Assembly: GCF_024223415.1 (NCBI RefSeq)
Contig: NZ_CP100500.1
From: Escherichia coli
GTDB lineage: Bacteria > Pseudomonadota > Gammaproteobacteria > Enterobacterales > Enterobacteriaceae
Length of the DNA: 64,000 nt
Direction: 5' to 3' (one strand)
Shown here: positions 1 through 11,231 of the stretch, piece after piece
How the letters are laid out: every line of letters begins with the position of its first letter
Numbering within the stretch: position 1 is the stretch's first letter
The notes under the pieces: model-generated
The model's input: only the letters and a program-made list of their open reading frames with translations
What the model was told of the DNA's origin: nothing
Databases searched by the model: none
Position numbers and translations under genes: made by a program

Positions 1-1033
1 TACCTTCCGGCATCGACAGCGTTGGCGCTTGTTCCTGCATCATCAGGGCAAAGGCCGCTTTGCGATAATCCGGGTTAGTCATGGTGTCGGCAATGGTTTC
101 ATAGCCGCCGAGGTAACCGAGGTACGCCAGGAAAGAGTGGCTGCCGTTCAGCATACGCAGTTTCATCATTTCGAACGGCACAACGTCTGCAACGAACTGT
201 GCGCCCACTTTATCCCAGTCCGGACGACCATTAACGAAGTTATCTTCAATCACCCACTGACGGAACGGTTCGCAGGCAATGGCGCACGGGTCGTAAACAC
301 CCAGCTGGTCAGCAATTTCCTGTAAGGTTTCTGGCGTCGCCGCCGGAACGATGCGGTCAACCATGGTGCACGGGAAGGTGACGTTCTCTTCAATCCATGC
401 CGCCAGCTGCGGGTCACGCGCCTGAGCCAGCCCCAGTACCGCGACCTTCGCCACATGACCGTTTTCACGCACGTTATCGCAGGACATGACAGTAAATGCT
501 TTCAGCCCTTTTTCACGACGCAGACGCAAGGCTTCGACGATGTAACCAATCGCGGACTTCGGCGCAGTCGGGTTTTCCAGATCGTGCTTGATCAGCGGGT
601 TATTGAGATCCAGTTGACCGCTTGCCGCATCAGCGCAGTAGCCTTTTTCCGTGACCGTCAGGGAGACAATCGCCGTCTGCGGACGCGCCATCGCGTTGAG
701 AATACCTTCGCAACCGTCGATTTCCGGATGCAGCGCTTCTTTCATCGAACCGATAATTTTCAGCTCGGTGCTTTCTGCGCCTTTTTCCGCCACGGTGTAC
801 AGCAGTTGCTGTTTTTTCAGGTTTTCGATCAGCACGCGGTCGTTGCCTGGCATCAGGTTAACTTCGCAGATGCCCCAGTCGCTGTCGGTGCTTTCCAGCA
901 GATGATGGGTATACAGCGCCTGGTGCGCGCGGTGAAACGCCCCGCAACCGAGATGCACAATGCGTGATTCCAGACGAGAATGATCCCATGACGGGCGGGC
1001 AACCGGCAGATTGCTGTCAACAATAGTAGTCAT
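1..1033 (-). CDS. uxuB: D-mannonate oxidoreductase (fructuronate reductase), 3-prime end cut by window edge
   Basis: Minus-strand frame opens with ATG at 1031-1033 and translates MTTIVDSNLPVARPSWDHSRLESRIVHLGCGAFHRAHQ... It runs to the window edge without a stop, which is why it is absent from the ORF track. It lies directly downstream of uxuA in the same orientation, as in the uxuAB operon. Confidence 0.85.
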   Translation of the reverse strand, partial: MTTIVDSNLPVARPSWDHSRLESRIVHLGCGAFHRAHQALYTHHLLESTDSDWGICEVNLMPGNDRVLIENLKKQQLLYTVAEKGAESTELKIIGSMKEALHPEIDGCEGILNAMARPQTAIVSLTVTEKGYCADAASGQLDLNNPLIKHDLENPTAPKSAIGYIVEALRLRREKGLKAFTVMSCDNVRENGHVAKVAVLGLAQARDPQLAAWIEENVTFPCTMVDRIVPAATPETLQEIADQLGVYDPCAIACEPFRQWVIEDNFVNGRPDWDKVGAQFVADVVPFEMMKLRMLNGSHSFLAYLGYLGGYETIADTMTNPDYRKAAFALMMQEQAPTLSMPEG

Positions 1034-1113
1034 CGTAAACTCCAGAATCCGTCTTCAAAGAGTGACGGCAAGGAAGAAGGAACCGGCACGGCGCGCAGCC
1101 ATGCCGGTGGATA

Positions 1114-2298
1114 TTAACGGCTAAAGAAAGCGCGCTGGATCGCCAGTTCGACACCGCGAACTTCGGCCAGGCCTTTCAGACGACCAATTGCGGAGTAACC
1201 TGGGTTAGTTTTCTTCTTCAGGTCGTCCAGCATCTGATGACCGTGGTCCGGGCGCATCGGGATCAGGTCTTCTTTGCCTTCCGCTTTACGACGGTGTTCT
1301 TCTTCAACAATCGCTTTCACCACTTCGTACATATCAACGTCACCGTTCAGGTGCGCCGCTTCGTGGAAGGTTTTCGGGTTATCTTCACGCATGGTGGAAC
1401 GCAGATGGGTGAAGTAAATGCGCGGACCGAACTGCTTGATCATATCAACCAGATCGTTGTCAGCACGCACGCCGTAGGAACCGGTGCACATGGTGAAACC
1501 GTTCGCCATGCTATTTACGGTATCAACCATCCACTGCATATCTTCAATGGTAGAAACAATGCGCGGCAGGCCGAGGATTGGGCGCGGCGGATCGTCCGGG
1601 TGAACAGCCATACGCACGCCAACTTCTTCGGCAACCGGAATAATCGCCTTCAGGAAGACCGCAAAGTTTTCGCGCAGTTTGGCTTTGTCGATATCTTTGT
1701 ACAGCTCCAGGTGCTTACGGAACTGGTCGAGGGTGTACCCTTCTTCCGCGCCCGGCAGACCGGCAATGATGTTACGGGTCAGACGCGCTTTGTCTTCGTC
1801 GCTCATAGTGGCGAAGCGTTCAGCTGCCTGAGCAACTTCTTCTTCGGTGTAATCCGCTTCCGCGCCTGGACGTTTCAGGATATGCATTTCGAATGCAGCG
1901 AATTCGATCTGGTCGAAGCGCAGAGCTTTGGAGCCGTCTGGCAGCACGTATTCGAGGTCAGTACGGGTCCAGTCGAGCACCGGCATGAAGTTGTAGCACA
2001 CGGTGCGAATGCCGCACTGCGCCAGGTTGCGCAGAGTCTGCTGATAGTTAGCGATCCACTGCTCATAGTTGCCGGTATGGGTTTTGATATCTTCATGAAT
2101 TGGCACGCTTTCTACGACAGACCACACCAGGCCTGCGTCTTCAACGATCGCCTTGCGTTTGAGGATCTCTTCTACGGACCATACTTCGCCGTTCGGGATA
2201 TGGTGCAGCGCGGTAACCACGCCAGTTGCGCCCGCCTGACGGACATCAGCTAAAGAAACCGGATCGTTTGGGCCGTACCAGCGCCAGGTCTGTTCCAT
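1114..2298 (-). CDS. uxuA: mannonate dehydratase
   Basis: ORF 1114..2334 (-). Translation from the internal Met reads [40 protein letters not shown]..., the recognised UxuA N-terminus, so the start is placed at 2298 rather than 2334. Confidence 0.9.
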   Translation of the reverse strand: MEQTWRWYGPNDPVSLADVRQAGATGVVTALHHIPNGEVWSVEEILKRKAIVEDAGLVWSVVESVPIHEDIKTHTGNYEQWIANYQQTLRNLAQCGIRTVCYNFMPVLDWTRTDLEYVLPDGSKALRFDQIEFAAFEMHILKRPGAEADYTEEEVAQAAERFATMSDEDKARLTRNIIAGLPGAEEGYTLDQFRKHLELYKDIDKAKLRENFAVFLKAIIPVAEEVGVRMAVHPDDPPRPILGLPRIVSTIEDMQWMVDTVNSMANGFTMCTGSYGVRADNDLVDMIKQFGPRIYFTHLRSTMREDNPKTFHEAAHLNGDVDMYEVVKAIVEEEHRRKAEGKEDLIPMRPDHGHQMLDDLKKKTNPGYSAIGRLKGLAEVRGVELAIQRAFFSR

Positions 2299-2460
2299 GA
2301 TTTTTCCTCTTTCACATAGTGGGTTCCACAGCAAAGAGACGCGGAACCCTGGAGTTGTTTAGGTATCCGGATGAACAACCAGACCGCAGCCGTGGCGTTG
2401 CATCGGATGAGATGGCGTATAAGTTCTACCTTTTGGTAAGACATGTCAACCCGAATTCTA

Positions 2461-2477
2461 AAATTGGTTAACCACAT
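2461..2477. promoter_or_regulatory. candidate UxuR/ExuR-type operator (AAATTGGTTAACCA palindrome) in the uxuA-gntP divergent region
   Basis: Sequence aaattggttaaccaca contains the palindromic core tggttaacca, about 165 bp upstream of the uxuA start. It resembles the hexuronate regulon operator recalled from the literature. Confidence 0.4.
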
Positions 2478-2637
2478 CACAAGAATTTCACTCTCCTGGT
2501 TGTTGCTGCAAATTGCAGCAAAGGGTAATCGATGGTTATTGATCAGAGGATGTGACATTCATCGCAACAATGGTTGACCAATTTACATAACATGTCGCCC
2601 AAAATAACAACGGTTCAACCAGGTAAGGTAAAACGTT

Positions 2638-3981
2638 ATGCATGTGCTTAACATTCTCTGGGTGGTATTCGGCATTGGTCTGATGCTGGTACTGAATTTG
2701 AAGTTCAAAATCAATTCAATGGTGGCTTTGTTGGTGGCGGCGCTGTCCGTCGGGATGCTGGCGGGCATGGATTTGATGTCGCTGCTGCACACCATGAAAG
2801 CGGGCTTCGGCAACACGCTGGGGGAACTGGCTATCATCGTGGTGTTCGGTGCGGTCATCGGTAAATTGATGGTCGACTCCGGCGCGGCTCACCAGATAGC
2901 GCATACGTTGCTGGCGCGTCTCGGTCTGCGCTATGTACAGCTGTCAGTGATTATCATCGGCCTGATTTTTGGTCTGGCGATGTTCTATGAAGTGGCCTTT
3001 ATCATGTTAGCGCCGCTGGTTATTGTTATTGCCGCCGAAGCTAAAATTCCGTTCCTGAAACTGGCGATCCCGGCAGTAGCAGCTGCCACTACCGCACATT
3101 CACTGTTCCCACCGCAGCCGGGTCCGGTGGCGCTGGTGAATGCTTATGGCGCAGATATGGGGATGGTTTATATCTATGGCGTACTGGTGACGATCCCAAG
3201 TGTAATCTGCGCAGGTCTGATCCTGCCGAAGTTCCTCGGCAATCTTGAGCGCCCAACGCCATCATTCCTGAAAGCAGATCAACCGGTAGATATGAACAAT
3301 CTGCCCTCTTTCGGCGTTTCGATTCTGGTGCCGCTGATCCCGGCGATCATTATGATCTCTACCACCATCGCCAATATCTGGCTGGTAAAAGATACCCCTG
3401 CCTGGGAAGTGGTTAACTTTATCGGTTCCTCGCCGATTGCAATGTTTATTGCGATGGTGGTTGCATTCGTACTCTTTGGCACCGCACGTGGTCATGACAT
3501 GCAATGGGTGATGAACGCTTTTGAAAGTGCGGTGAAAAGCATTGCAATGGTGATTCTGATCATCGGTGCGGGTGGCGTGCTGAAGCAAACTATCATCGAC
3601 ACCGGCATTGGCGACACCATCGGCATGTTGATGTCCCACGGCAATATCTCGCCCTACATTATGGCATGGCTGATCACTGTGCTAATTCGTCTGGCGACGG
3701 GTCAGGGTGTCGTTTCGGCGATGACCGCCGCCGGGATTATCAGTGCTGCAATCCTTGATCCAGCAACTGGTCAGCTGATTGGCGTGAATTCGGCGCTGCT
3801 GGTGCTGGCGACGGCTGCGGGTTCCAACACCCTCACCCACATTAATGATGCCTCATTCTGGCTGTTCAAAGGTTACTTTGACCTGTCAGTAAAAGACACG
3901 TTGAAAACCTGGGGACTGCTGGAGCTGGTCAACTCCGTGGTTGGGCTGATTATTGTGTTGATTATTAGCATGGTAGCGTAA
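2638..3981 (+). CDS. gntP: GntP-family gluconate/fructuronate permease
   Basis: 447-aa polytopic membrane protein ([19 protein letters not shown]...), divergent from uxuA as in E. coli. Confidence 0.85.
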   Translation: MHVLNILWVVFGIGLMLVLNLKFKINSMVALLVAALSVGMLAGMDLMSLLHTMKAGFGNTLGELAIIVVFGAVIGKLMVDSGAAHQIAHTLLARLGLRYVQLSVIIIGLIFGLAMFYEVAFIMLAPLVIVIAAEAKIPFLKLAIPAVAAATTAHSLFPPQPGPVALVNAYGADMGMVYIYGVLVTIPSVICAGLILPKFLGNLERPTPSFLKADQPVDMNNLPSFGVSILVPLIPAIIMISTTIANIWLVKDTPAWEVVNFIGSSPIAMFIAMVVAFVLFGTARGHDMQWVMNAFESAVKSIAMVILIIGAGGVLKQTIIDTGIGDTIGMLMSHGNISPYIMAWLITVLIRLATGQGVVSAMTAAGIISAAILDPATGQLIGVNSALLVLATAAGSNTLTHINDASFWLFKGYFDLSVKDTLKTWGLLELVNSVVGLIIVLIISMVA

Positions 3982-4046
3982 AAGAACACCAGAGCCTGCC
4001 AATGGCAGGCTCAGTTCGGATTGTCGGCAAAGTGCGCTTTGTTTAT

Positions 4047-4083
4047 GCCAGATGCGACGCTGACGCGTCTTATCTGGCCTACA
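4047..4083. repeat. REP (repetitive extragenic palindromic) element
   Basis: gccagatgcgacgctgacgcgtcttatctggcctac, a typical REP palindrome, lies just downstream of gntP. Confidence 0.55.
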
Positions 4084-4155
4084 AAGGGCTAACGTGCAGG
4101 TTTTTAGCTTCAGGTAATATTTGCGTACCTGCATTAGCAATGCCCTGTGATTTCT

Positions 4156-5058
4156 TTATTGATAAACAAAAGTCACGCCAATAATCGATTGCACATTCCC
4201 TGCAGTCACCTGCCCTCCGGTACGTGCGTAATTTGCCGTTAATCCCAGACTTACCGCCGAAGTTCCTACTGCTCCTAACGATACCGTGTTATTCGCTGGA
4301 ATAATCGTACCGTTGCGCGTCAACTGTACGCCGACGCCCTGCGCTGGTGAAAACGACGCGGTATTGGTGAAAATCGAGTTGCCCGCATCTGCGGTTGTGC
4401 CGGAGAGGTAATACCCCAGGTTTTGGCTTTTCGCACAATAAACGGTAAGAGGAATTGGCACTGAACCAGGGTAGTCCGGCAGAGTAACAGTGACATCACG
4501 AGCAGAAACATCGCAGCCGCCAGTAGGCACCACCACATCATTATTGGCGTAAATATTCCACACAAACTGGAAATCATCGCTGTTATAGTTGTTGGTCTGT
4601 CGCAAAATAAGCACGGCAATTAATGAGCCAGCTTTAATCGCCACCCCGCCCGCACTGCTCACAGGCGTCAAATAAAGCGCCACCGGCCACGGCTTATCCG
4701 TTCTCGAATTATAAACAACCCGCGGCGTTTCGCTGGTGGTCGGAAATGGATAGCTACTGCCACTATATTTTACGGTCCCGGAAAAATTAGATAACACGCC
4801 GCCATAAGCCGAGCCTCGTTGCAGTGTGACATAGTCTGTAATGGTTTCCGGATAATCGTTATGGCAAAAGATTTGCGTCGAAAGATCTACGACCAGGTTT
4901 TGCCCCACATTCACGGCAGGCGCAAGGTTTACATAAACATTAGCGCTGCCACCGCCAATAGGGATAGCGGTACCATTGGCGGTTTTACAGGCGAATGACC
5001 AGGCATTTACCGACCAGCCCATCAGCAGTACAGCAAACAGGGTAATAACTCGTTTCAT
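4156..5058 (-). CDS. fimH: type 1 fimbrial adhesin (mannose-binding tip)
   Basis: 300-aa ORF with signal peptide, mature N-terminus FACKTANGTAIPIGGGSANVYVNL and C-terminal pilin domain ending GVTFVYQ. Confidence 0.95.
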   Translation of the reverse strand: MKRVITLFAVLLMGWSVNAWSFACKTANGTAIPIGGGSANVYVNLAPAVNVGQNLVVDLSTQIFCHNDYPETITDYVTLQRGSAYGGVLSNFSGTVKYSGSSYPFPTTSETPRVVYNSRTDKPWPVALYLTPVSSAGGVAIKAGSLIAVLILRQTNNYNSDDFQFVWNIYANNDVVVPTGGCDVSARDVTVTLPDYPGSVPIPLTVYCAKSQNLGYYLSGTTADAGNSIFTNTASFSPAQGVGVQLTRNGTIIPANNTVSLGAVGTSAVSLGLTANYARTGGQVTAGNVQSIIGVTFVYQ

Positions 5059-5077
5059 TACAATTATCTCTTCGGGT

Positions 5078-5581
5078 TCAGCTGTAGGTATAGGTGATGC
5101 TAATCACTGCCTGAATGGTTCCCTGAGTGGCTCCGCCATTTACCGTCAATGCTCTGACCTGTAACGGGAAGTGCGCTGATTGTGAGGAATCATCCACCTG
5201 AACTGTTTTGGTTGCGCCAGTATTCAATGTGTTGCCACTGTCATCCTGTAGCTCTAACTGGATGTTTTGCGCGGTCCCCTGGTTTTTATAATATCCGGTA
5301 CTGTCGGCTGCCCCGCTGAAGCTGGCAGTGACCCTCGACGTTCCCACCGGACAATTAGTCAACTCAAGCGCAACATCATGCCAGGCCGATGCCGCCCCGG
5401 CAGACATCAGACTGAAAGAATAAAGATCGCCGAGATCAACCATGGCATTGGTGGTGGAAACTGTGCACGGTTTGGCGACGACCTTACCGTTCACCGTGAT
5501 GGTGACATCGGCTGCCTGTATCGTCGCACTTGCGAGCGCCAATATTGCCGCCAATAAATACCCACGTTTGCGCCATTTCAT
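5078..5581 (-). CDS. fimG: type 1 fimbrial minor subunit
   Basis: ORF 5078..5587. The product MKWRKRGYLLAAILALASATIQA... is a pilin fold ending ISITYTYS and sits in the fimG position. The start is taken at the second Met. Confidence 0.9.
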   Translation of the reverse strand: MKWRKRGYLLAAILALASATIQAADVTITVNGKVVAKPCTVSTTNAMVDLGDLYSFSLMSAGAASAWHDVALELTNCPVGTSRVTASFSGAADSTGYYKNQGTAQNIQLELQDDSGNTLNTGATKTVQVDDSSQSAHFPLQVRALTVNGGATQGTIQAVISITYTYS

Positions 5582-5593
5582 GAGCATCTCCAG

Positions 5594-6124
5594 TTACTGA
5601 TATTCAAGAGTGAAGGTAGCCGTGGCATTGATATGCCCCGCAGTGACAGGCACCTGTGTCGCCATTAGCCGGGCGTAAAAATTCAACGTATTTGGTTTAC
5701 CCGGCGTCAGGGTCGTCCACGAAATCGCGGACGATGGAGCATTAAGGGGTATCTGATTTTGCTGCTCATTCAGAAGCTGTATTCCCAGTCCCGAAGCCGC
5801 TGACACCGTATTTTCAAGTGCAAGCAGGTTGGCATTGTGGCTATCTGCAACGCCGGTAAACCCAACCTTTACGGCAGAAACGGCGTTACCACAGGGTGAC
5901 AGCAAAATACGAAATGGAACGACAGGAGTCGTTGCGCCAATGTTGTTAAATTGCTTCGCCGCGTTTTCCATCAAATCAACAGTAAAATTGGTTGATTCAG
6001 CGGCCACACTACAGCCGTTATCTCTGACATAGCCGCGGATAGTAATCGTGCTATCCGCAGCCAAAGCGTGACTCACCGCCAGCCACAAAAAAGCGCACAG
6101 AAGATAAAAAGGTTTGTTTCTCAT
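5594..6124 (-). CDS. fimF: type 1 fimbrial minor subunit
   Basis: [22 protein letters not shown] signal peptide followed by a pilin domain, in the fimF position. Confidence 0.9.
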   Translation of the reverse strand: MRNKPFYLLCAFLWLAVSHALAADSTITIRGYVRDNGCSVAAESTNFTVDLMENAAKQFNNIGATTPVVPFRILLSPCGNAVSAVKVGFTGVADSHNANLLALENTVSAASGLGIQLLNEQQNQIPLNAPSSAISWTTLTPGKPNTLNFYARLMATQVPVTAGHINATATFTLEYQ

Positions 6125-6133
6125 CACGCCCCC

Positions 6134-8770
6134 TTAACGACATTCAGCTGATAGCTGGGTTAATAACTGCTGCTGACTCTCTGGTGGCAGTTGATAATTG
6201 GCGACACAGTGAGCATTTTCCTCTTCTCCCCATTTCACCTGAACTTTTCCCGCTAGAGGCATTCCGCTGAGGTAAACCTGACCATTATCCGCAACAATGC
6301 CGCTACTCTGGCTACTCTCTGATGTCACCATCGCCCCAAACGGCAGCGGCTTATTATTGTGGGTTAGCGTCATGAGCAGTTTTATCCCAACGCGCGCTTT
6401 AAACTCTGCTCGCACGATCGCCCCACGAGTGGGAACAACGTTAGCGACCGCGTTATCTAAATCGACGTTATCAGCCAGGGTATTGGTATCCAGCGCCACT
6501 CTGTTTTCCCGATATTCGGTGGCATAAGGCAGCACGGCATAACCGCGCCAGTCGGTACGCACCCCCGTCTGGTTTTCGACTTTTGCATCTTTTGCGCCAG
6601 GCGCTTTAACAAGCACCACCGTATCGTTTAACGGCTGCCCCAGCGTTACGCCATTGGCATGAGCCAGTACCCCACCGCTGACTCCGTAATAGAGCTGCTT
6701 AATATCATCGCTATGGCTGTAACCGATATTGGCATTGCCGTAACCACCGCGATAATTCAGCGTGGCGTAGCCTGTACTTCCGCTATTACCATCGCCTCCC
6801 CCGGCATAGCCGGTTTGCACGCTATAACTGAGGTTGTTGTCTTCCAGCAACGTACCGTATACACCAGCCAGATTGGTCATCCGACCGTTGAGATCGTGTG
6901 ACATGCTGTAGCTGGCACTGGCATGTCGCCACTGAGATCTACTGTCAGAACGCAGCCAGTGGCTGAAAGGAATATTGACGTTAAGCGCTAACATCTGATC
7001 CCGTCCTTTTTGCCAGGCGTTTTTCGTCAGGCTATAGCTGAGCGTCCAGTTGATATCTTCGAACGCAGTATTTAAACCAGCCTGGAATTGCTCATCGACA
7101 TTACTCGTTCCCCAATAAGTTTGATGGCTACCACTCAAATACAGTGTTGATGTGCGCCCGAGTTGCTGAGTAACGGTGAGCTGTAATTTCCCGCGTTTGT
7201 TATAAGCGAGGTTGTAATAGTCGGTGAATTTCGGCTTAACCTGAATAACTCCATCCTGTGTTTCGATGTTGTAGCCATTCATTCGACTGTATGTTGTATC
7301 AGCGAAATTAAAATATCCGCTGGTCGAATAACGGTAACCCACTAACTGAATATTCGTGCCTGACTCATTGAGCGATTTGTTATAGAGAAAACGCACCGAT
7401 TGTCCGTCATGCTGACTGTCATCGGGAAGTGTGGAATTAGCCTGCGTCATATCCACAGACAGAGCGCCCAGTGCCCCCATGTTTTTCCCGATACCGAAAT
7501 TAAAAGCACGATAACGATCTGCCAGTTGCGTTCCACCATATATTGTCCAGCCAGCCGGAAGGCCGTGGAGTAATGTACTTTGGAAAAAGCGGGGTTTTTC
7601 CTGTTGCGCATTTCCACTACGGTATTCTCCTGCCGTAATGGAATAACGAGTATGCCCTTCACGTTGCAAAAGCGGGACTGACGAATAGGGTACGGTAAAA
7701 ATCTGCGTGCTGCCGTCAGCCTCTTTAATCGTTACCTGCAAGTCACCACTATTACCTGCGGCATAGATATCGTTGATGGTAAAAGGCCCCGGCGGCACCG
7801 TACTATTATAAATGTCATACCCATTTTGTTTAATAGTGACCTGTGCAGTACCACGAGCAATACCGTGGATCACCGGGGCAAATCCTCTTTGGCTATCGGG
7901 TAACATATTGTCATCTGAGGCCAATTGTGCGCCGCGAAAGTTAATACCATCGAAAATATCGCCCTGAGTATAACCATCACCCAGCGTCAGCCGGGAACGT
8001 AACGGTATTATGTCTCGCTCAAGCCAGGTATTGATATGCTGCCATTTATTTTTGCTACCTGATGATCTGTCGCTACTGTTATAACTCCAGGTGGTATTGT
8101 CGCGTAAACGCCACGCACCAATATTTAACCCACTCTGTAGGTTTAAATATGCATAATGGCTGTTACCCCCAATCCGATTCTGTACACTATTTCCGCTGAA
8201 ATTATAATTGAGCAATCCGGCATTAATACCGGGATCCCATAACTCAGGAGGAATATAACCACGCGCGCGATTACTCATAAATGCCTGAGGGATCGTCAGG
8301 TTGAGTCGCTGCTGACCAACATCCAGATGCGCAGTAGCGTCATGGATCATTGAGGTTAATGGCACGCAGGCATCATCCGCCAGCAGATTCATACCGGAGA
8401 CAGAAGCCGTATTCAGCCCCATACTGGCAAGTTGCGCGCGTGTCAGGCAGGGAACAATCCCTTGTTCGCTGTCGCCCGTATTAAATGTGACATCACGCGT
8501 TGCCATATAACCATTATTCAAATAGATATCGACACGATACGTCCCTGGCGGTAATTCTTGCCCATTTTCAAAACGCGATAAATCGGCCACAGCCTGGGGA
8601 TCATCCGCTAAAAAGCGCGGATTAAAATAGAGTTCGGCAGATGACAAAGGTGCCTGTGCGGCAAAAGCACAGGCGACAACGAGCCGGACAAAAAAACCAG
8701 CCAAACGATGCTTACGAATATGCAAGCATTGTGTGTTTCGCTGGTAAAGTCTTAAATTCAGATATGACAT
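6134..8770 (-). CDS. fimD: fimbrial outer-membrane usher
   Basis: 878-aa ORF with usher-type N-terminus and C-terminal Cys pair, in the fimD position. Confidence 0.95.
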   Translation of the reverse strand: MSYLNLRLYQRNTQCLHIRKHRLAGFFVRLVVACAFAAQAPLSSAELYFNPRFLADDPQAVADLSRFENGQELPPGTYRVDIYLNNGYMATRDVTFNTGDSEQGIVPCLTRAQLASMGLNTASVSGMNLLADDACVPLTSMIHDATAHLDVGQQRLNLTIPQAFMSNRARGYIPPELWDPGINAGLLNYNFSGNSVQNRIGGNSHYAYLNLQSGLNIGAWRLRDNTTWSYNSSDRSSGSKNKWQHINTWLERDIIPLRSRLTLGDGYTQGDIFDGINFRGAQLASDDNMLPDSQRGFAPVIHGIARGTAQVTIKQNGYDIYNSTVPPGPFTINDIYAAGNSGDLQVTIKEADGSTQIFTVPYSSVPLLQREGHTRYSITAGEYRSGNAQQEKPRFFQSTLLHGLPAGWTIYGGTQLADRYRAFNFGIGKNMGALGALSVDMTQANSTLPDDSQHDGQSVRFLYNKSLNESGTNIQLVGYRYSTSGYFNFADTTYSRMNGYNIETQDGVIQVKPKFTDYYNLAYNKRGKLQLTVTQQLGRTSTLYLSGSHQTYWGTSNVDEQFQAGLNTAFEDINWTLSYSLTKNAWQKGRDQMLALNVNIPFSHWLRSDSRSQWRHASASYSMSHDLNGRMTNLAGVYGTLLEDNNLSYSVQTGYAGGGDGNSGSTGYATLNYRGGYGNANIGYSHSDDIKQLYYGVSGGVLAHANGVTLGQPLNDTVVLVKAPGAKDAKVENQTGVRTDWRGYAVLPYATEYRENRVALDTNTLADNVDLDNAVANVVPTRGAIVRAEFKARVGIKLLMTLTHNNKPLPFGAMVTSESSQSSGIVADNGQVYLSGMPLAGKVQVKWGEEENAHCVANYQLPPESQQQLLTQLSAECR

Positions 8771-8836
8771 TATTCCTCCGGTTTAAAATCACCCGGCAGT
8801 CAATTCTTTTTATTCAGGCGAAAAATTCCCCCTGCG

Positions 8837-9562
8837 TTATTCCATTACGCCCGTCATTTTGGGGGTAAGTGCGCCATAATCATTTATTGTTCGGTAAGTA
8901 ATATTGCTTCCTGCATCAGAAGGCAATTTAACCGTGCTTTCGCCCATTGGAGGCACCAATGCATTTTCAAGAACCCGGGTTCCGGCATTCAACTCTGTTA
9001 CCGTCAGGTAATAGGGTGTCGGGTTAATCAGCGTCAGAGAATTCGCGCTACGACGAAATCTTAATTTTTCTGCGGCCTGATCGGGTGGCAACGCTAATTT
9101 AGCCGGACGATAGTACAGTTTAATGCGGCTGATAATTGCGAGCTGTAGCGTATTCTCAGTCAATTTTGATTTATCCATTGACGGAATCGCTTTAACGTTC
9201 ATCCAGAATAAACTTTCCCGGTCCTGTGGCAATTGGTTATTTGTTGCATCAAGAATACGCAAGGTATTCTCTTTTTTTCCCTTCATCGCAAACAGAGGAG
9301 GCGTCACGATAAAACGACCATCCTTTACACCATCGGCATTTTCCACCCATGATTGAATTAAATAGGTACTATTTTCATCATTATTTGTCACGGCAAGTTG
9401 CACTTGTTTTTGCCCTGCCGGATAAATTACGCGAGTCGCACCTAAGGCCACTCCCGCTTCAGCGCGTCCGGCAACCATCATTGCCATGAACATCAGGATA
9501 CCTGCCAGCAAGCAGAATATTATTTCCTGCGATTTCCTTACATTGACGTTTTTATTACTCAC
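8837..9562 (-). CDS. fimC: periplasmic fimbrial chaperone
   Basis: 241-aa ORF, PapD-like chaperone (…GVALGATRVIYPAGQKQVQLAVTNNDE…). Confidence 0.95.
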   Translation of the reverse strand: MSNKNVNVRKSQEIIFCLLAGILMFMAMMVAGRAEAGVALGATRVIYPAGQKQVQLAVTNNDENSTYLIQSWVENADGVKDGRFIVTPPLFAMKGKKENTLRILDATNNQLPQDRESLFWMNVKAIPSMDKSKLTENTLQLAIISRIKLYYRPAKLALPPDQAAEKLRFRRSANSLTLINPTPYYLTVTELNAGTRVLENALVPPMGESTVKLPSDAGSNITYRTINDYGALTPKMTGVME

Positions 9563-9598
9563 TGTCCTGTTCCTGTTATCACATTATCTGCTGAACAA

Positions 9599-10138
9599 TT
9601 ACTGATAGGTTAAAGAGAACCAGGCCTGGGCATTGGCGATGCCGCCAGTAACCCGACGCCCGGTAGCACGATATTTGGCGATGAAATGTAGCGAAGTAGA
9701 GCCTGAGTAAAGCCGTTTCCAGTTTGCTGGAGGACGATTAATCGGTACGAGGTTTCCTTCATCATCAAACAACGCTACGCCAATATTGGTGGCTATCCCT
9801 GGCCCCTCTCCCACGGAAAGCACATCCGGATTTTTACCATCCGCGACACCGTGAAACGCCACACCCACACGTTCACTCACCACCGTGCTACATTCCCGTA
9901 AATGAATAACAAAAGGCACCGGTGCGCTATCTTCCCCTACCGCATGAAACCGGTTACTGCTGATTTGCCCCATATTGACCGTCATTTGTTTATCACCGGC
10001 TTCAATCCGGCAAGTTTCCGCAATAATGACGCCCTGAAATTGCATATTTCCGCCGGGCAGCGTGGTATTCCATTTATTTCCGGCCAGAGCAAACATTGGC
10101 AGCAACGACGCTAATAGAAATAATCTCTTCCTTTTCAT
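9599..10138 (-). CDS. fimI: fimbrin-like protein FimI
   Basis: ORF 9599..10270. The start is taken at [19 protein letters not shown] (signal peptide); the C-terminus ends with a pilin-like ...AWFSLTYQ. Confidence 0.85.
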
Positions 10139-10202
10139 CGTTATTTTTATCGCACAAGGGTGGGCATCCCTGCCCGTAATGACGTCCCTGAACCTGGGTA
10201 GG

Positions 10203-10751
10203 TTATTGATACTGAACCTTGAAGGTCGCATCCGCATTAGCTGCGCCAGGGGTTGCGGCACCGGTTGCAAAATAACGCGCCTGGAACGGAATGGTGTTGG
10301 TTCCGTTATTCAGGGTTGTTTGTGCACTAAATGTCGCACCGTCCAGCGCCAGCGCAGCGCCCGTTCTGTCCAGGATCTGCACACCAACTTTTGTTGCGCT
10401 ACCCGCAGCTGAACTCTGCAAAGCTAATACGTTAGGATGAGTGCCATCAATTGCGGTACCAAGGAAGGCAATAGCTGCTTTGTCTGCAACAGTAGTGTCA
10501 CAATCGTTCAGTTGAATGTTAAAACCGACAGCAGAACTGGTTGCTCCTTCTTGTGCCAGCGATGCGGTACGAACCTGTCCTAACTGAACGGTTTGATCAA
10601 CAGAGCCTGCATCAACTGCGCAAGCGGCATTAACAATTTCCCCTTTAAAGTGAACGGTCCCACCATTTACCGTCGTAGTATCGGCCAGAGCCGCTGCGGA
10701 ACTGAGGGACAGAGCCGACAGAACAACGATTGCCAGAGTTTTAATTTTCAT
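10203..10751 (-). CDS. fimA: type 1 fimbrial major subunit
   Basis: Translation from the internal Met reads [23 protein letters not shown]...ATFKVQYQ, the major pilin. The ORF-track start at 10808 is an upstream extension. Confidence 0.95.
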
Positions 10752-10870
10752 GCTGCTTTCCTTTAAAAAAACTATTTCTAAATCGACATGGGCAGTCGTT
10801 CTGTACACTTTGTTTTGTCAACGAGTTTGACTGCCAACACTGCACAGTTTTCCCCCAAAAGATGAAACAT

Positions 10871-11184
10871 TTGGGGCCATTTTGACTCATAGAGGAAAGC
10901 ATCGCGCACAAACTTTTTCAGTTTATTTGTTGGCTTAATATTCTATTGTTATCTTTATTTATAGATTTTTATATTGAATGAGGTGGTTTTTGGAGAGAAG
11001 AATGAGGAAGATGCGTCGAGCCACAGAAACGTTAGCTTTACATATAGCGGAGGTGATGTGAAATTAATTTACAAGAGAAATAATTTACATATCAAACAGT
11101 TAGATGATTTTTGTCGTTTTTTAAGATTTTTATGCTTGAGAAAAAATACGTAACTTATTTATGATATGGACAGTTTGGCCCCAA
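10871..11184. promoter_or_regulatory. fimS: fimS invertible switch (314 bp) bounded by 9-bp inverted repeats ttggggcca (10871-10879) and tggccccaa (11176-11184)
   Basis: Two perfect 9-bp inverted repeats lie exactly 314 bp apart (outer edges) between fimE and fimA. Confidence 0.85.
11136..11165 (+). promoter_or_regulatory. sigma70-like promoter inside fimS (TTGAGA, 18-bp spacer, TATGAT) reading toward fimE, away from fimA
   Basis: TTGAGA at 11136-11141 and TATGAT at 11160-11165 on the plus strand; fimA is on the minus strand at lower coordinates. Confidence 0.55.
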
Positions 11185-11231
11185 TTGTCTTGTATTTATT
11201 TGTTTTTTAACTTTATTATCAATAAGTTAAA

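Noticed and set aside
29-967. Plus-strand ORFs 29..325, 455..967 and 651..905
   Set aside because: They lie antisense within the minus-strand uxuB coding sequence, whose translation is a coherent full-length dehydrogenase; they are treated as shadow ORFs.
1237-2253. 338-aa plus-strand ORF
   Set aside because: Antisense to uxuA over its whole length and of low-complexity composition; shadow ORF.
4156-5058. Naming a specific FimH allele (for example residue 27 variant)
   Set aside because: I cannot verify residue numbering and reference alleles from memory with enough certainty to make a claim.
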